Shown here: positions 35,149-48,544 of the stretch, piece by piece
How the letters are laid out: the number at the start of each line of letters is the position of its first letter
How positions within the stretch are numbered: position 1 is the first letter of the stretch
NCBI GenBank assembly: GCA_037447605.1
Contig: CM074810.1
Span: 1,646,880 to 1,710,879 of the forward strand
Source: Zygnema circumcarinatum SAG 698-1b
Taxonomy: Eukaryota > Plantae > Zygnematophyceae
Direction of reading: 5' to 3'
Length of the DNA stretch: 64,000 nt
The notes under the pieces: model-generated
What the model was told of the DNA's origin: nothing
Seen by the model: only the letters and a program-made list of their open reading frames with translations
Database searches by the model: none
Made by a program: the position numbers and the translations under genes

Positions 35149-38100
35149 ACCCTATTGCAGAGCAAACCCTAATGCTTCCCCACCGCAGATTTTAGGGGTT
35201 TTGTTTGCGTTCTTACAGAGGGGCTAAGAATGTTTGAGAGGACGTTGTCTTAAAAAATCAAAATGGAAAAAAAATCGAAAAATAAAGACCTTAGATTTGA
35301 TAGAAACAAGCTTCAAGAGAGCCTTGCAGGAGGAGCTTCATCCTTGCAAGGAGCAGGCCTCCATTGGGTCCCATACTCGACCAACATCCAATAAGGATCC
35401 GCCGCGTGTCACTTCTGTACACGGGGCGAACCCTCATTGGATGGTAATCGACGGCAAGTTCCGGAAACATGTCAATATGTGAAAGGTTTCGAGATCAGGA
35501 TAAGAGCGCGTTCACACTACAAAAACAGGACTTTGACCCGCTCACACGTGAGGTTGCGATCTGGATCAGTTCTGGTAAACATGTGATTAGGGGTGGCAAA
35601 AATTCCTCGGCTCGATTTGGCTCGCCTCAAGTTTGCTCGATCACGATTTGTCTCGGTGCCTTTTCGTGAAGGGCTCAGCTCCTCCCCGATTCAAGCCGTA
35701 CAGGCGACCGAACTCAACTCACTAGTGAGCCAAATTTGTTCCGTATTTTTCGCTCACACGTTCGGATGCGGTTGGGATCGGGCTCGTCAACCGGCCTGTC
35801 CATTACGGCCGAGGGTTGTGCATCATCCAATGGGGACTCGCCGCGTGGCGAAATAGTACACGTGGCGAGTTACCATTGGGAAATGGTTGATTACAATTCG
35901 CAATGAAGGTCCCTAGAAAACAATCCACAAATCGAGCGAGAGTTTGGTTGTATGGAAGATTTTTTATACCCGTGCCCGTGCCCATGCCCATGCCTTCCAG
36001 GCACCTTGAATGCCTTCCAGGCACCTTGAATGGAGCCCGTGCAGAATACCGTAGGCTTCTGGATGCAAGCGCATACGCGTGAGAATGCTCAACGACGACC
36101 GAGTTTTGAACTCGACGACCCAATGTGAACACTTTGGTAGAAATTTCGGTTAGTTGTACGAATGAATGTACGGTCCAGTCTTTTGTTAGTTTCCACGCTG
36201 CCGAAATTCGATTCTCGGGCAGACAGAAATATTATGGATAATCCTTTCAGGCCTTTAAGCCAATAAGAATTCGTCACGTAGAAAGTTTGGTCCGCCGACA
36301 AGCCCGGATACCGCCAAAAACTGACCTTTAAAAAGACAAATCTCCCCGCCCTCGTACGATCCGCCCATTCATGGGCCGCCACATCAACAGAAGCGACAGC
36401 CTTACTTTGTCTTTTTTTTTGCCACGTGTCTGCGTGTCAATGGTCGTCCTCTCCCAAACATTGTCGTTTTGTGGCCACAGCGGATCCTCCCTGCTCCCAC
36501 ACGTGCCAGCGGGCACCTTAGCGCCCGCCACATGGCAGCTCCTCATGGCGTTTGTGCGACGTGGCCAAGTCCCATTGGCTCGGTCCGCTGCCGTTCCATG
36601 GAACGGGAGCCCGGAGGGACTTCTCCGCGAATCAGGGACCGTTGCCAGCTCTCCCGATTCGCAGGTCATTTCCGGTTCCGCGAAACGGAGCTCGACGAGG
36701 CCTTTTTCCTCCAATCACGCACTGTCACCGACAAGTCACACGTGTGTAAAGGCTATCCTATTGGCGGTGAAGTTTCCCCTAATAATCCCTCCGTTAACTC
36801 TGCCGTTAAACACGTCACCCTCGTTTCCGGCCTCGAATGGACCTCCAGGACCGCCAGTTAAGAATATGACGGGGACTTCGCACGTGTAACGTCATCCGAT
36901 TATTGGTGCAGGNNNNNNNNNNNNNNNNNNNNNNNNNNNNNNNNNNNNNNNNNNNNNNNNNNNNNNNNNNNNNNNNNNNNNNNNNNNNNNNNNNNNNNNN
37001 NNNNNNNNNNNNGGGAGGGGTGCAGGGAGGGAGATGGGGGGGGTGGGAAGGGGGGGAGAGGGGTGGGGGGAAGGGAGAGGGAGATGGGGGGGGGGAAGAG
37101 GGGAGAGGGGTGGGGGGAAGGTAGAGGGAGATGGGGGGTGGAGGGGGAGGAGAGGGGCGGGGGGAAGGGAGAGGGAGATGGGGTGGGGGGAGGGGAGGGG
37201 GGGAGAGGGGTGGGGGGAAGGGAGAGGGAGATGGGAGGGGAGGGGGAAGGGGAAAGGAAGGGGATCTCTTTTTGTTTGTTTGTTTTTTATGCAAGGAGGT
37301 AGGAGTAGGAGTGGTCGATGTACAGAATGGAAGGCGGGGGAGAGGGAGAGAGAGGGAGAGGAAGAGAGAGGAGAGGGGGAGGGAGAGAGGTGTGTAAAAA
37401 TGGATGTTCAGGCGAGAGGGTACTCTCGGCAAGTCCTCAAATTTGCCCAGTGAGTGACTTCAGGATTAGGGTTAGCTTTTTCCTGTTCTGTGCATGTACT
37501 GTAGGCGAAGGGAATTCACATGGAGCTGCAGCAAGAAGGATCCCTTCTCTCCTAGGTAGAACGGCTATAGAACAGGTAACGGAACAGTTTGAAACTCTAA
37601 TGCTCACATGGATATCACCTTTTTGTTTGAAAAAAAGAAAAGGATCAGCTAGGTGATGACAGCTTGGTGGTGTTAGAAGTTTTGCATCTTGTTGTTGAAC
37701 ACGCATCATTTCTCTTTGGACTATGTTGGTCATTGTGAGCTGATTTTTATTTCATGTAATGCTCAGAGGTTCAACAGAAGGTTGGAACTATGTCCAACAT
37801 GCCTGCTATATGCTCTGTTTCTGTTCAATCCCTCAGTTTGGTTGATAGACTAGTTTTCATGACAGATTTACTTATGTTATTTGTGCTCTTTCAAAACAAG
37901 GTACAGTACGGGACTGTATGGTCCAATGGATCAGTTAAAAAGTGGCCAAACATTGGCTGCCAATGCTTGGCAACCATTCCATTCGTTTTGATCCTTAAAT
38001 GGTGAATTAAAAGATTGGCGTTGATCTTACAATGGCGAGGCATGAATTGTGCATGAACAAGGGCAAAATGGAGAACCGAGGTTAAGCAATCAACCAGCAA

Positions 38101-38631
38101 AAACTCTATTAATTGGTCACAAATGAGCCATAAACGAAAAGCTATAGGAGCGGAATGCTCCTTCTGCTGCCTTGCAAAACAACTCGGCTCTAAAAGCAGT
38201 TTTAACATCAACGGCACATTGGAAGGGTCAAAGCGAAGGACCAAGCCCACGTTGAGCCTCACCCAATTTTGTTTTATCGAAAGGCAAAATATCTGACGAC
38301 ACTTGCAAAATATCCGAATTTCCGGCAGAGTGCGGAACCGGCGGTACAGGCCGGAGGGGGGGACTGAGGGAGGGGAGGGAGAGAGGGACTCGCGGGAGGA
38401 GGGGTGGGAAGGTGAATGAGAGGAGCGGGAGGGGCTGTGGTGAGTGGAAGGGGGGAGAGAGGCGAGGGGGAGGGGGGTGAGGGCGAGAGAGCGAGATAGA
38501 GTGACCGTTTCAGGAAAGGGAGAGGGAGAGGGAGAGGTGGGAGAGGGGGAGAGAGTGGGAAAGAGAGCGATAGAGAGAGAGAGGGGTAGAGAGAGAGGGA
38601 GAGAGAGGGGGCGAGAGAGAGAGAGAGAGAA

Positions 38632-39300
38632 ATGTCTTCGGAAGAGAGAAAGCGGAAGCTCGAAGCTCTTGCTGCTTCAAGAAGAGCGGGTGAGCCTCCA
38701 GCGCCAGCTGGCAGAAGCTCAAGCAGCAAAGTGTCACGTCACGCCAGCGATAAGAAGAAGCTCACGAAGGCGCCTCTCTCTAAGGGAGGGAGAGAGAAGC
38801 CCCCTCCCGCTAAACCCCAAAATCCAAAAATTGTAAAACCCCAAAAGGCGAAGAATAAAGTGGAGGAGGACGAGGAGGAGGAGGAAGAAGATGATGTAGA
38901 CGATGATGATGATGATGTAGAGGAGGCCACGGAGGATGTAGATGATGAAGACGGCGATGATGTCGAGGATGAAGAGGAGGAGAAGGGAGGGAGGAAGAGA
39001 GGGAGTGGGAGTGGGAGTGGGAGTGGGAACGGAAAGGCGGTGAAGGGCAAGGAAAAGGGGAAGGAAAAGGTGATTGAGAAGGGGAGGGAGACGACGAAGA
39101 AGAAAAAAAGCGATGCTTCGGATGATGATGATGATGTGGGAGATAATGATGATGGGGAGGTCCAGATGGTGGATGAGGAGTATGATGCTCTCGATGCCAA
39201 AAATATTCTGCCTTCGAGAACGAGGAGGAGGGCGGCGCAGCAAGTGACTTATCACTTTGATAATGACGACAATGATGACGATGATGACGACGATGAGTGA
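38632..39300 (+). CDS. Acidic histone chaperone with CHZ motif; intronless
   Basis: 222-aa ORF with a Lys-rich N-terminus, long Asp/Glu tracts, and the C-terminal motif ALDAKNILPSRTRRR. Confidence 0.75.
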   Translation: MSSEERKRKLEALAASRRAGEPPAPAGRSSSSKVSRHASDKKKLTKAPLSKGGREKPPPAKPQNPKIVKPQKAKNKVEEDEEEEEEDDVDDDDDDVEEATEDVDDEDGDDVEDEEEEKGGRKRGSGSGSGSGNGKAVKGKEKGKEKVIEKGRETTKKKKSDASDDDDDVGDNDDGEVQMVDEEYDALDAKNILPSRTRRRAAQQVTYHFDNDDNDDDDDDDE

Positions 39301-39889
39301 GAGAGAGGGGAACGAGGGGGGGGGGAAGAGCGAGGAAGTGGGAGTGGGAGAGGTGGATTTTTTGTGGGGGTGGATTTGGAGGAGGGAGGGGCATGTGCAG
39401 AGGGGGGAGAGGGGATGTGAATGTCGGATAAACCGAATTTTGAAAATCTTTTCTTCCTTTTTCTGTATAAAGAATGCAGCTTGAAATCAGAGCTTAGCCG
39501 AAGCAATAGTTCTCCTTTTCCTTAAGTTTTCTGTCACCTCCCCTCCCTCCATCCCTCCCCCAAAGTTTTGCGCTACTTCTTGGCTTTAAGTGCCTCAGCC
39601 TGTTGGCTCTGTTAGTCAGCCAATGACGCATCCAATCTTGAACTGTTTCCGAAGGGGAATGGTTGGATCGCTGGAACGAGAGAGGGGGAATGGGAGAGGG
39701 AGATGGCAAGAGTGGCGAGGGAGTGAAGCGCAGAGAGAGAGAGAGAGAGAGAGACACACAGACAGACAGAGAGTGGGAGAGAGAGACATACAACGAGAGA
39801 GAGTGAGAGAGATAGACGGAGAGAGCCTAAAGCTCATCATCTATAACTTAGAACCATCCAAAACTTGGACTTTGGCCAGAAAAACTTGA

Positions 39890-40260
39890 TCTGAACCCTA
39901 ATGTCAACCTAGAATATTTGCGGCCCTGCCTTTCGCCTCAACCCTAACCTTAATTGTAATTCTTAACCCTAATTCCAACACTAGCCCGAATCTTACCTTT
40001 ACCTTTAACCTTAGTTCTCACTTCTCACCCTAACCCTAACCACAATCCGACTTTCAGCCCTAAACTCAATTTTTGAGTTTAACTCTTAACCCTATTTCCT
40101 TTTTTGACCCCAGCCCTAGCTTACCTCTTAATCCTAACCCTGATTGCACCCGAATCCCGGATTTTCTACCCCTATGTTAACCGTAATCCTTATCAAAACG
40201 TAAAATCTCTCTCTCACTTGTTAGTTGCAACGCCATGATTTGCTTGTCAAACCCTAATTC
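39890..40260. repeat. Degenerate telomere-like (AACCCT) tract
   Basis: Many CCCTAA/CCTTAA/CCCTAG variants. Confidence 0.7.
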
Positions 40261-40342
40261 AGCTCCAGCAGTAGTCTCATCTGGCAAACTGACTCTCTCT
40301 CTCAACTGCTTGTGTGCCTGAGGTAGTGGAGGGGGGAGGGGG

Positions 40343-40382
<40 letters not shown>

Positions 40383-41698
40383 GTTGCTGAAAATATGCAA
40401 TTTAAGGGGGTGAAATTAATGCGAAAGAACAATAGATAAGCATAAATAATAAACTAAAGTTTCAGCTTCTGAACTGTTCACAATCAATATGCTGTTTTTT
40501 TCGATGCGGATGTTGTTTCCAGTTGTGGGCTTTGGTTCCTATTTCATTTTTTTCATTAGGACTCATTAGCCATACCTTCATGGTACTGTAATTTTGGTAA
40601 ATCTTTCACATTTTTTATTTTTTTTTCGACTTTTGTTTCTTCTTTTTAAGTTTTGAGGAGAAAAGTTCGCTGTTTCCGAGCAGACGACAGAGTCCCGAAA
40701 AAATGGGATCGTTGAAATCTGAATTACGGAGTGTTTTGCTATTTACATTGATTTTAGAAGCGACACATCCCCAAAGATAAATCTCCACAGTTAGAGAGAG
40801 AGAGAGGGAGGTGGGGGGGGGGTGGAGACGGAATTGGGAGAGGAGAGGAAAGGGAGGGGGAAGAAGAGAAGAAGGGTTGAGGGGGACGGGGAGGGAGAGT
40901 GGGCGAGGGGGAGTGGGAGGGGAGAGGGAGAGGGGGAGTGGGAGGGGAGAGAGAGAGGGGGAGTGAGAGGGGAGAGGGAGAGTGGGAGGGGAGAGGGTGA
41001 GGGAGAGGGAGAGGGGAGAGGGTGAGGGAGAGGGGAGAGGGAGAGGGAGAGAGGGAGTGGGAGTGGGAGGGGAGAGGNNNNNNNNNNGAGAGGGAGAGGG
41101 AGAGAGGGAGTGGGAGTGCGAGGGGAGAGGGAGAGTGGGAGGGGAGAGGGAGAGGGGGAGTGGGAGGGGGAGGGGAGCGGGAGTGAAGAGGGAGAGGGGA
41201 GCTGGAGGGGAGATGGTGGGAGAGGGAGAGGGAGAGGAGAAGTGGGAGGGGAGAGGGAGAGGGGGAGTGGGAGGAGGGGAGGGGGGGGGTGAAGGGGTAG
41301 AGGCGGAGGGGGAGGGGACAGGGAGAGAGAGGGACAGAGACGAGACAGGGAGAAGTTAATTTTCCCTACACTGGAAGGGGAGAGTAAAAAAGAATCAAAA
41401 CGGAAACGTAAGTACCGTCCCTGCATTCTTGACAGCTTATATACATCCACAAACCTAGCGAAATTTGTGCACTTGCAAAGCCCTAAAAACCCTGAACCCT
41501 AAAACCCTAAACCCCAAAAATGAATAGCACGATTTGCAATTAACCCTAGAAATAAATCTTCAGCTCGTTCAACGGCTTCCTAACCAAAGCTCACTTGATA
41601 AATGTTCAAAAAATAATCACATTTCGGTCCCCCCCCCCAAACCAAACCCTTTATTCCGAAAAAAATCCCTTAATTTTTTTTTTCACATCTGCCCGCCC

Positions 41699-42898
41699 CT
41701 ACACCTCCCCAGCCTCTGCCGCGATTTGCGGCTGCTGCTGCGACGCCATTGGCCAGTGAGGCAAACACTCCTTCAAAAAGTTTCGAAGCTGCCCGGAGTA
41801 GACCTCCGGGCAGGTCCGAAAATGATCCACGTGTGGAGACTCTTCCAGCCGATGCGAAACCACGAGCTTTCCGCTTTTTTTTTGAAGGGCGATGAAATTT
41901 TCAACTTCCGAAGCAGGAATTACTTTGTCTGAGGAGCTGTAAATGTAAAGTTGGGGGCAGGGGGGCTGGCTGGAGGAGAGAATGGCTGTAATTTCACTCA
42001 ATTTCCTGCAGTTAAATAAAACAAAATAAAATAAAATCAGTTTTTAGGGTTTTGGGAAGGTGGGAGAAGGGTTGTTAGTGTTCAGGGGTTCAGATTAGTG
42101 TTCAGGGGTTCAGATTAAGGTTCAGGGGTTCAGATTAGGGTTCAAGGGTTCAGATTAAGGTTCAAGGGTTCAGATTAGGGTTCAAGGGTTCAGATTAGGG
42201 TTCAAGGGTTCAGATTAAGGTTCAAGGGTTCAGATTAGGGTTCAAGGGTTCAGATAAGGGTTCAAGGGTTCAGATTAGGGTTCAAAGAGTCCACTTTCCA
42301 TGGCATCAAAAGTAGGAAAAAAGAAAATCAGTTTTAGGGTTTCTATGTTTCTGCATTTTCAGTTTTTCGGTTTTTGAAGGATCCTAGGGTTTCAGAGTTT
42401 CAAAAAACAGAAATCTGCTCAAAATAATTTACATTACAGAGCCTCGATCGCTTACTTTTTCACTATGGGCAGGTGAAGAAAAACGGCGAAAAACTTTTCC
42501 AAAATTGTAAGAAGCGCCCTTTCCACGGTATCGGGCGAATGAGGGCTAAGCGGCGCTGCTTGACTGGGACTGGGACTGGGAGGGGCGACCCTCCCCTCCT
42601 CCCTCTCTCTCCTCTCCCTCCTCTCTCCCGCATACGACGAAACATTTCTTTTTTTCAGAATGGCGGCGGAAAAGCCAGAGGCCCAGACCTGGAGGGAGAG
42701 AGCATAGAACTTTGTTACAGTTAAAGTTCAATGGATTTACGTCTGTGACGGCAAGAGGTTATTTTGTGAATAGAGGAACTCGGGGAGAGGGAGAGGGAGA
42801 GTAAGGTAGACAGAGGGAGGGAGAGAGAGAGAGAGAGACAGGAGTGAGAGAGAGCGAGAGGGGAGAGTGAGAAAGAGACAGGGCGAGAGAGAACGAGG

Positions 42899-42948
<50 letters not shown>

Positions 42949-43285
42949 AGGCGTAGGCTCTGCCACGGGAGCAGAATCCACCACACATCCGCGGATCAAA
43001 TTTTCGACGACTTCCTTTCCATGCCGCTCCGTTAGCCGTTTCAGAACGGCCCCGTAACTGCATAGAAAGGCACTCCGCCGTAACGTCAGTTTGAAACAAA
43101 CTGTTGTACATGGAAACTCCGATCTTCGTGACAGGCCTCACAGAAATACAATTAAATAAAACTCAAATATAGACCCACACTTCGGTTTCTCCACTACTTC
43201 TCCTTTTTCAAAGCCCGGGCAATAGCTGAATATTCAATCGCTTTACAATAGAATTAAATCACATGTTAGAGAGAGAGAGGGAGAC

Positions 43286-43340
<55 letters not shown>

Positions 43341-44868
43341 GAAGTAGTAAAGGTGGTAGAGACTGTGCGTTTACATGAGCCAGCCCGTGTTACTGAATGT
43401 GTGGAACATGAGGACTCGTTTTTGTTCCGGAGAATTTCCATTTGTTGGCGCCGGCCCTTCTTTGTAATTCTTTTCCAAGTCGAGCCATCTTTCAAGCTCG
43501 TCCACTAATGCTTCCACGTGCTCCTCTGCTTTCTCTCCGGGCTGCCCGAAATATAAAGGAGGGGGGGGGAAGATAAGGGGAGAGAGAGAGAGAGAGATAT
43601 GAGAGTAAGTAAGCAAGTATAAACCAAGAATAGTTAATCAGACTTGTCGTACAATATACAGAAAGATAAACTAGATCAAATATTGGTTCCCCCTCCCCAC
43701 CTCTCTTCCTCTCTCTCTCTCTCCTTCTCTCTCTCCCTTTCTCTCGCTCCCTCGCTCTCTCTTCTCTTTCTTCTCTCTCTTCTCTCTCTCTTCCTCTCTT
43801 CCTCTCTTCCTCTCTTTCCTCTCTCTCTTCTCACTCTCCCCCTCTCTCTTCCTCTCTCTCGCTCCCTCTCTCTCTCTCTTCTCTCTCTTCTCTCTTCTCT
43901 CTCTCTTCTTCACTCTCTCCTCGCTCTCTTCTCTCTCCTTCCTCTCTCTTGCTTTCTCTCTCTCCCTCACTCCCTCTCTCTCTCTCTTCTCTCTCTCTCC
44001 CGCTCTCTCTCCCTCTCTCTCTGTCTCTTCTCTCTCCCTCCCCCTCTCTCTTTCTCTCTCTACATTTTATATAAAGGAGTACCTTCTTCTGCACCGCGAT
44101 GAGGTCCTTCATGGGAATGACGAACGTAACAGCGTTGAGTCCATTCTGCGCATAGAACTCCGCGTAGCGTTTCATGTGACGCTGTTTGGCGCCCAGCCAC
44201 CCCAACAGCACCACTGTGGCTGCCACTCGCTCGCCCTCTCTCGCACCCTCTCCCTCTCCCTCTCCCTCTCCCACTCCCTCTCCCGCTCCCGCCTTCCCAC
44301 TCCTGCCTCTCTCACGCGCCGCCGTCTCCCACGGGGTCCATTCCGCGGAGCCGGGCACCGAAAAGTGCCAAGAGTGGAGGGATTTAGGGTTCAGGAGTGA
44401 CCGGGAGAGGAAAGAAGTAGGGTTAGGGTTAAGGGCCGAGTGCTTAGCCCTAAAAATGTTGTGGACAGCGAGAGGGGAGGGAGAGATGGTTCCGTACAAG
44501 CGGTAGAGGGAGAGGGAGGGAGAGAGATTGAGGGATTCCGTGGGAGGGAGAGAGGCGGAGATGCTGGAAAGCTGCTGTGGGGAGAGGGTGAAGCTTCCTG
44601 GAAGGAGCTCGCGGATGGAGGGAGAGGAGTGGTAGCGCTGGATGGGGGAGGAAGGTGAGGGAAGTAGTGGGAGAGGAGAGAGAGGGGAGGGGGGAGGGAG
44701 AGAGGGAGGGGGGGGAGAGGCGGAGTATGTCAGGAAGGGTTTAGGGTTTTTCCCCGCGACTTTCTCGGGGAGGTCCGAACTCGCAGCGGCGGTAGCGACG
44801 GCGGCGGCGGCGGCGGCGGCGATAGTGGGGCCGTGTCCGTACAGGCGGAGAGCCAAGGGAGAGGACAT
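41699..44868 (-). CDS. TMEM53/DUF829 alpha/beta-hydrolase family protein, 5 exons
   Basis: Exons join as TVVLLGWLGAKQRHMKRYAEFY, LMFHTFSNTGWL, IRGCVVDSAPVAEPTPQ|VWASGFSAA, QLYIYSSSDKVIP and SPHVDHFRT. These are DUF829 motifs, and the GT-AG junctions are phase-compatible. Confidence 0.9.
42081..42280. repeat. 10 x 20-bp minisatellite (TTCAAGGGTTCAGATTAGGG) in the last TMEM53 intron
   Basis: Units start every 20 bp from 42081 to 42261 and are built from telomere-like GGGTT/TTAGGG words. Confidence 0.92.
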
Positions 44869-46580
44869 GGCGGGAGGGAGGGAGGGAGGGAGGGAGGGAG
44901 GGAGGGAGTGGGGAAACGAGGGAGAGGGAGGGGGGAGGGAGAGGGAGGGGGGNNNNNNNNNNGAGGGGGGAGAGAGAGAGGGAGGGAGAGAGGCAGGGAG
45001 GGAGAGGAGAAACGAGGGTGAGGGAGGAGGGCGGAGGGAAATGGAGGGGGAGATCGGAAAGGGAGAGAGGGGGGGAGAGAGGAAGGGAGGGAAAGGGGAA
45101 GCGAGGGCGAGGAAGGAGCGGGGGAAGGAGAGGGAGAGGGGGAGGGGGAAGGGCGAGAGGGCGGGAGGACGGGGGAGGGAGACGGAGGAGGGGGGGAGAG
45201 GGAGGGGGAAGGAGGAGAGAGAGGGAAAGCGAGGGGGAGGGAGGGAGAGGAAAAGGGCGGGAGAGAGCAAGAGCTGGTGAGTGCAGAAAAGATTAGAAGG
45301 GCGCTGGAGGAGAAGCCTGGATCGTAAACTTTTGAACGCTAAAACTTCAACTTTAAAAGCTAAACCTAACTCTGGGAAAGGGTCGGGAAGGTGGCCGAGA
45401 GAGAGAGGGAGCGAGCGAAATAGTGAGAGAGAGAGGTGAGTGGGAGGAGAGCGAGAGGAAAGTGACTCCAGATTCCAGAAAGGGTCCGCTAGTTGGAACT
45501 TTTCGGAGAATATCGGGGGAGTATTCTCTGCACAATACGATACGGTACGGTACGATACGAAAGGTCCAAAACTTGGGACTGGCAGAAAAAACTGGATTTC
45601 GACTTTTTTGGACCTTGCGCAAAGTAATTATAAATTAATAAAATACTAGCGAATTACAACACGCCACGTGCCGATTATGTTGATGTGGCGATCCTTGATT
45701 GGGTTTTTTTGACAAGTGGTCGCGATGCAGGAAGGGCGAAAACATGTTCGTAAGGAGACTAGGGTAGAAATTAAAATTTGAATAAAAAGGACGACGCTGA
45801 TTGGATGGAAAATGAGCGGCGCAGAAATTGCGGAAAAGTCGGAAAATCGGATTCTGGGATCTACGGGATGCCAAAGTGCGAACCGAATGTCGCACAGTGA
45901 CTGGCTGAGATTTGTGTTACTGAATCGAAAGGCTCCAATTACGTCACGTGGCAGCACGTCAGGCTGTCCAGGATGCCGGGAATTGTCGGTGGACGGCAGC
46001 TGCCGCAAGATTCCGACGAACAATTTTTCCAGAAACCCTCCGAAGTCGGAAACAGAAAAGGGAAACCGGAAAACCATTTCATGGGTGGTACGGTACGGTC
46101 TGGTACCGTGTGAGTTGTCAGCTACTGTACTGTTACTGTAGTCGCAAGGTCCGGGCATGGGTCCATGCATGCATGCATGCTTGCTTGGGGCAGGCATGGC
46201 ATGGGGGCATATCGGCATGGGCGCATGTGTCAGGGGCCCTGACTCAGGGCCCTGAAGGGCGCAACCATGGCCATGAGGGGTCCCAGGCAGGACTGCTGAC
46301 GTCACTGAATTTGCGAGCTACAGCAACCGCAGTTTGCAGGCAAAAACTGGACCGCGGTTCGAACCGAGAAACCCCAACGCGGCTACGTCAGCTTCCCAAA
46401 CAATCGAGTCACGCCACCTGGCAGCGGCCAACTCGATCGTAGCCGTCTATTCTTATCCGCTAAAGTGCAGCCACGTGGTCGTTCGGCCCCCTAGTCGACA
46501 TGGGCTACCTTTAGGCGACCTGCCAGTTGTCAATGTAATGTATGCATGTTGTTAATGCATGTACAATGTATCGTCACGTA

Positions 46581-47531
46581 GGGTAGTGATATTTCCACCC
46601 CTTTTTTGGATCCAAACAGCCCTTCCCGGCCGGGCAGATTTCAAAAGGGATTCAAAACGGAAAATGCTTTTTTCACACCTTTTTGGAATCGATACCCACC
46701 TTCTTCCGTCGGGTGATTCTATTTTTGCTAACCAAGGAAAATGATACCCCGTCACTGCATTTTGAATACTGTATCCCGCCTCCCTGAATTTTTTTTTTGT
46801 GAGGGAAAGAAATATCTGCCAGCCCGAATCCGCTCGAAGTTGAAGATCCGTCCGCCACGAGATCATTCGCGGGTGTCCGTCCTTCACACGTGTGTGTCAA
46901 TCGCAGCTGTCAATTTCCTCGAGGATCGCACCACTGCAGGTCACCGTTCGATCTGCAGCCGGGCTCGATCTTAGCGAATGGAAAGCGCCCACGAGTCCCG
47001 TCAAAGCCGGATCGCACGTGCGAGTGCGCGCGTCCCTCGGCCCAAGATCTCGTCATTGTTAGCTCCCAGCCAATCAACAGCTGCCACGTGTTACATTTTT
47101 GACGTAGAAAATTTTGATTTGTCCAAGCTCTCAATGTACGAAATTTTGGGCTCCTCAAAGTTGCGACCGTACGACATTTGTACGGACAAACTTTTGAGGT
47201 GACTTTGGCGGGATACGTGGGCACGTGCCATTCGCTGTGACCGAGCCCGGCTGCAGATCAAATGATGATCTGCCGTGTTGCGATCTGCGAGGGAATCGAC
47301 GGCTGCGATTGACCGCACGCGTGAAAAAAAATTCAGGTAGGCGGGATATTCAAAATGGGGTGACGGGTTATCATTTTCCTTGTTTCGCAAAAATAAAATC
47401 TGCCGATGGAGGGTGGGTATCGATTCCAAAAAGGTGTGAAAAAGGCATTTTCCGTTTTTAATCCTTTTTGAAATCTGCCCGGCCGGGAAGGGGTGTTTGG
47501 ATCCAAAAAAGGGGTGGAAATATCACTACCC
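46581..47531. mobile_element. ~950-bp non-autonomous foldback DNA transposon with >300-bp imperfect TIRs and an 8-9-bp TSD (MULE- or hAT-like)
   Basis: Termini are GGGTAGTGATATTTCCACCCC...GGGGTGGAAATATCACTACCC. Arms ~46581-46985 and ~47222-47531 are inverted copies, with an ~80-bp insertion in the left arm. Both flanks read (C)GTCACGTA. Confidence 0.88.
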
Positions 47532-48544
47532 GTCACGTATTGTATCGCATCATGAAACATCGTTAATTATCATATCGTATCGCACCCTGCCACAACTCGC
47601 AAGTTGACAAGTGCGGAGCCGGCAAGGCACAAAACGACAAACATCCCGCCAGCGGCGGCAGCCTGCCAAACGGACAGACTCAAACATTGCTTTTCCCATG
47701 ACATCAACTCCGCACCACGTGGCGGGCAAAGGTTCCTCTGCGTCGAACAACGGCCCACGTGGCGCCATGCCAATCCAAACGATGTTGCGGGCATTGCGTA
47801 CGGACCGCTTCTTCAGCAGCCACGTGTTCAAATCAGTCAAGATACGGCCACGAGATGTACCGAGTCACCGACAGACTGGGGGACCTGAAAAAGAAGCTGC
47901 ACGGACACTCCCCTCGCAGGTTTGCCCAAAACCGACAAACTGCGATCAAACGGCGAAAAACGAAATATTGTCGCACGCGCGGGCCCGCCGTCTGCTGAAT
48001 TCGCCTCCCACGGCGGGAGCTTCCGCGCGCAAAATTGTCGTTATAGGGCCAGACCGCCAATAATACCTGGCCACGTCAGCACGCATTTTCCACCCAACCT
48101 GAAATATTGCCATCACGCGATCCACAACCAAGGGGTCGCATGTGTCACGTTGACGGCTGTTCGGATGCCGACAAAAAAGGACTCTCCAACCGTACGGAAA
48201 CGCAAGCAAGGCGGGGGTTTGACCTCGACGGGGGGCCATGTGGCAGACGGATGGCCGTCCGATTTGTCGGTGTGGGGAGAGCGCGCCGACAGGCCGTTGC
48301 GGCGGCGACTATTTGATCGCTCGTCGCTGCCTCCAATGCTCCACTGCCAGCGCTTGTGCGGACTCAAAATTGGAGGCAGAGAAAGCAAGGGAGAGAGAGA
48401 GGGGGAGAGAGCGGTAGAGACAGAAGGAAAGGAAGAGATAACTTAATAGTGAGGAAGAGATAAATTTATATTGAGGAAGGGGAAGAGTGGTAGGTGGCCA
48501 GAGAGAGACAGCGAGCGAAAGAGAGCGAGGGAGAGGGCCCAGCC

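Noticed and set aside
37400-37580. Small spliced ORF MDVQARGYSRQVLKFA...
   Set aside because: It gives only a short peptide without homology cues, and the support is insufficient.
37653-37743. Possible C/D-box snoRNA (GTGATGA...CTGA)
   Set aside because: There is no flanking terminal stem and no recognisable rRNA guide, and such short boxes arise by chance.
42081-42280. Regular direct repeats as a possible CRISPR array
   Set aside because: The units are contiguous with no unique spacers, there are no cas genes, and the context is a eukaryotic intron.
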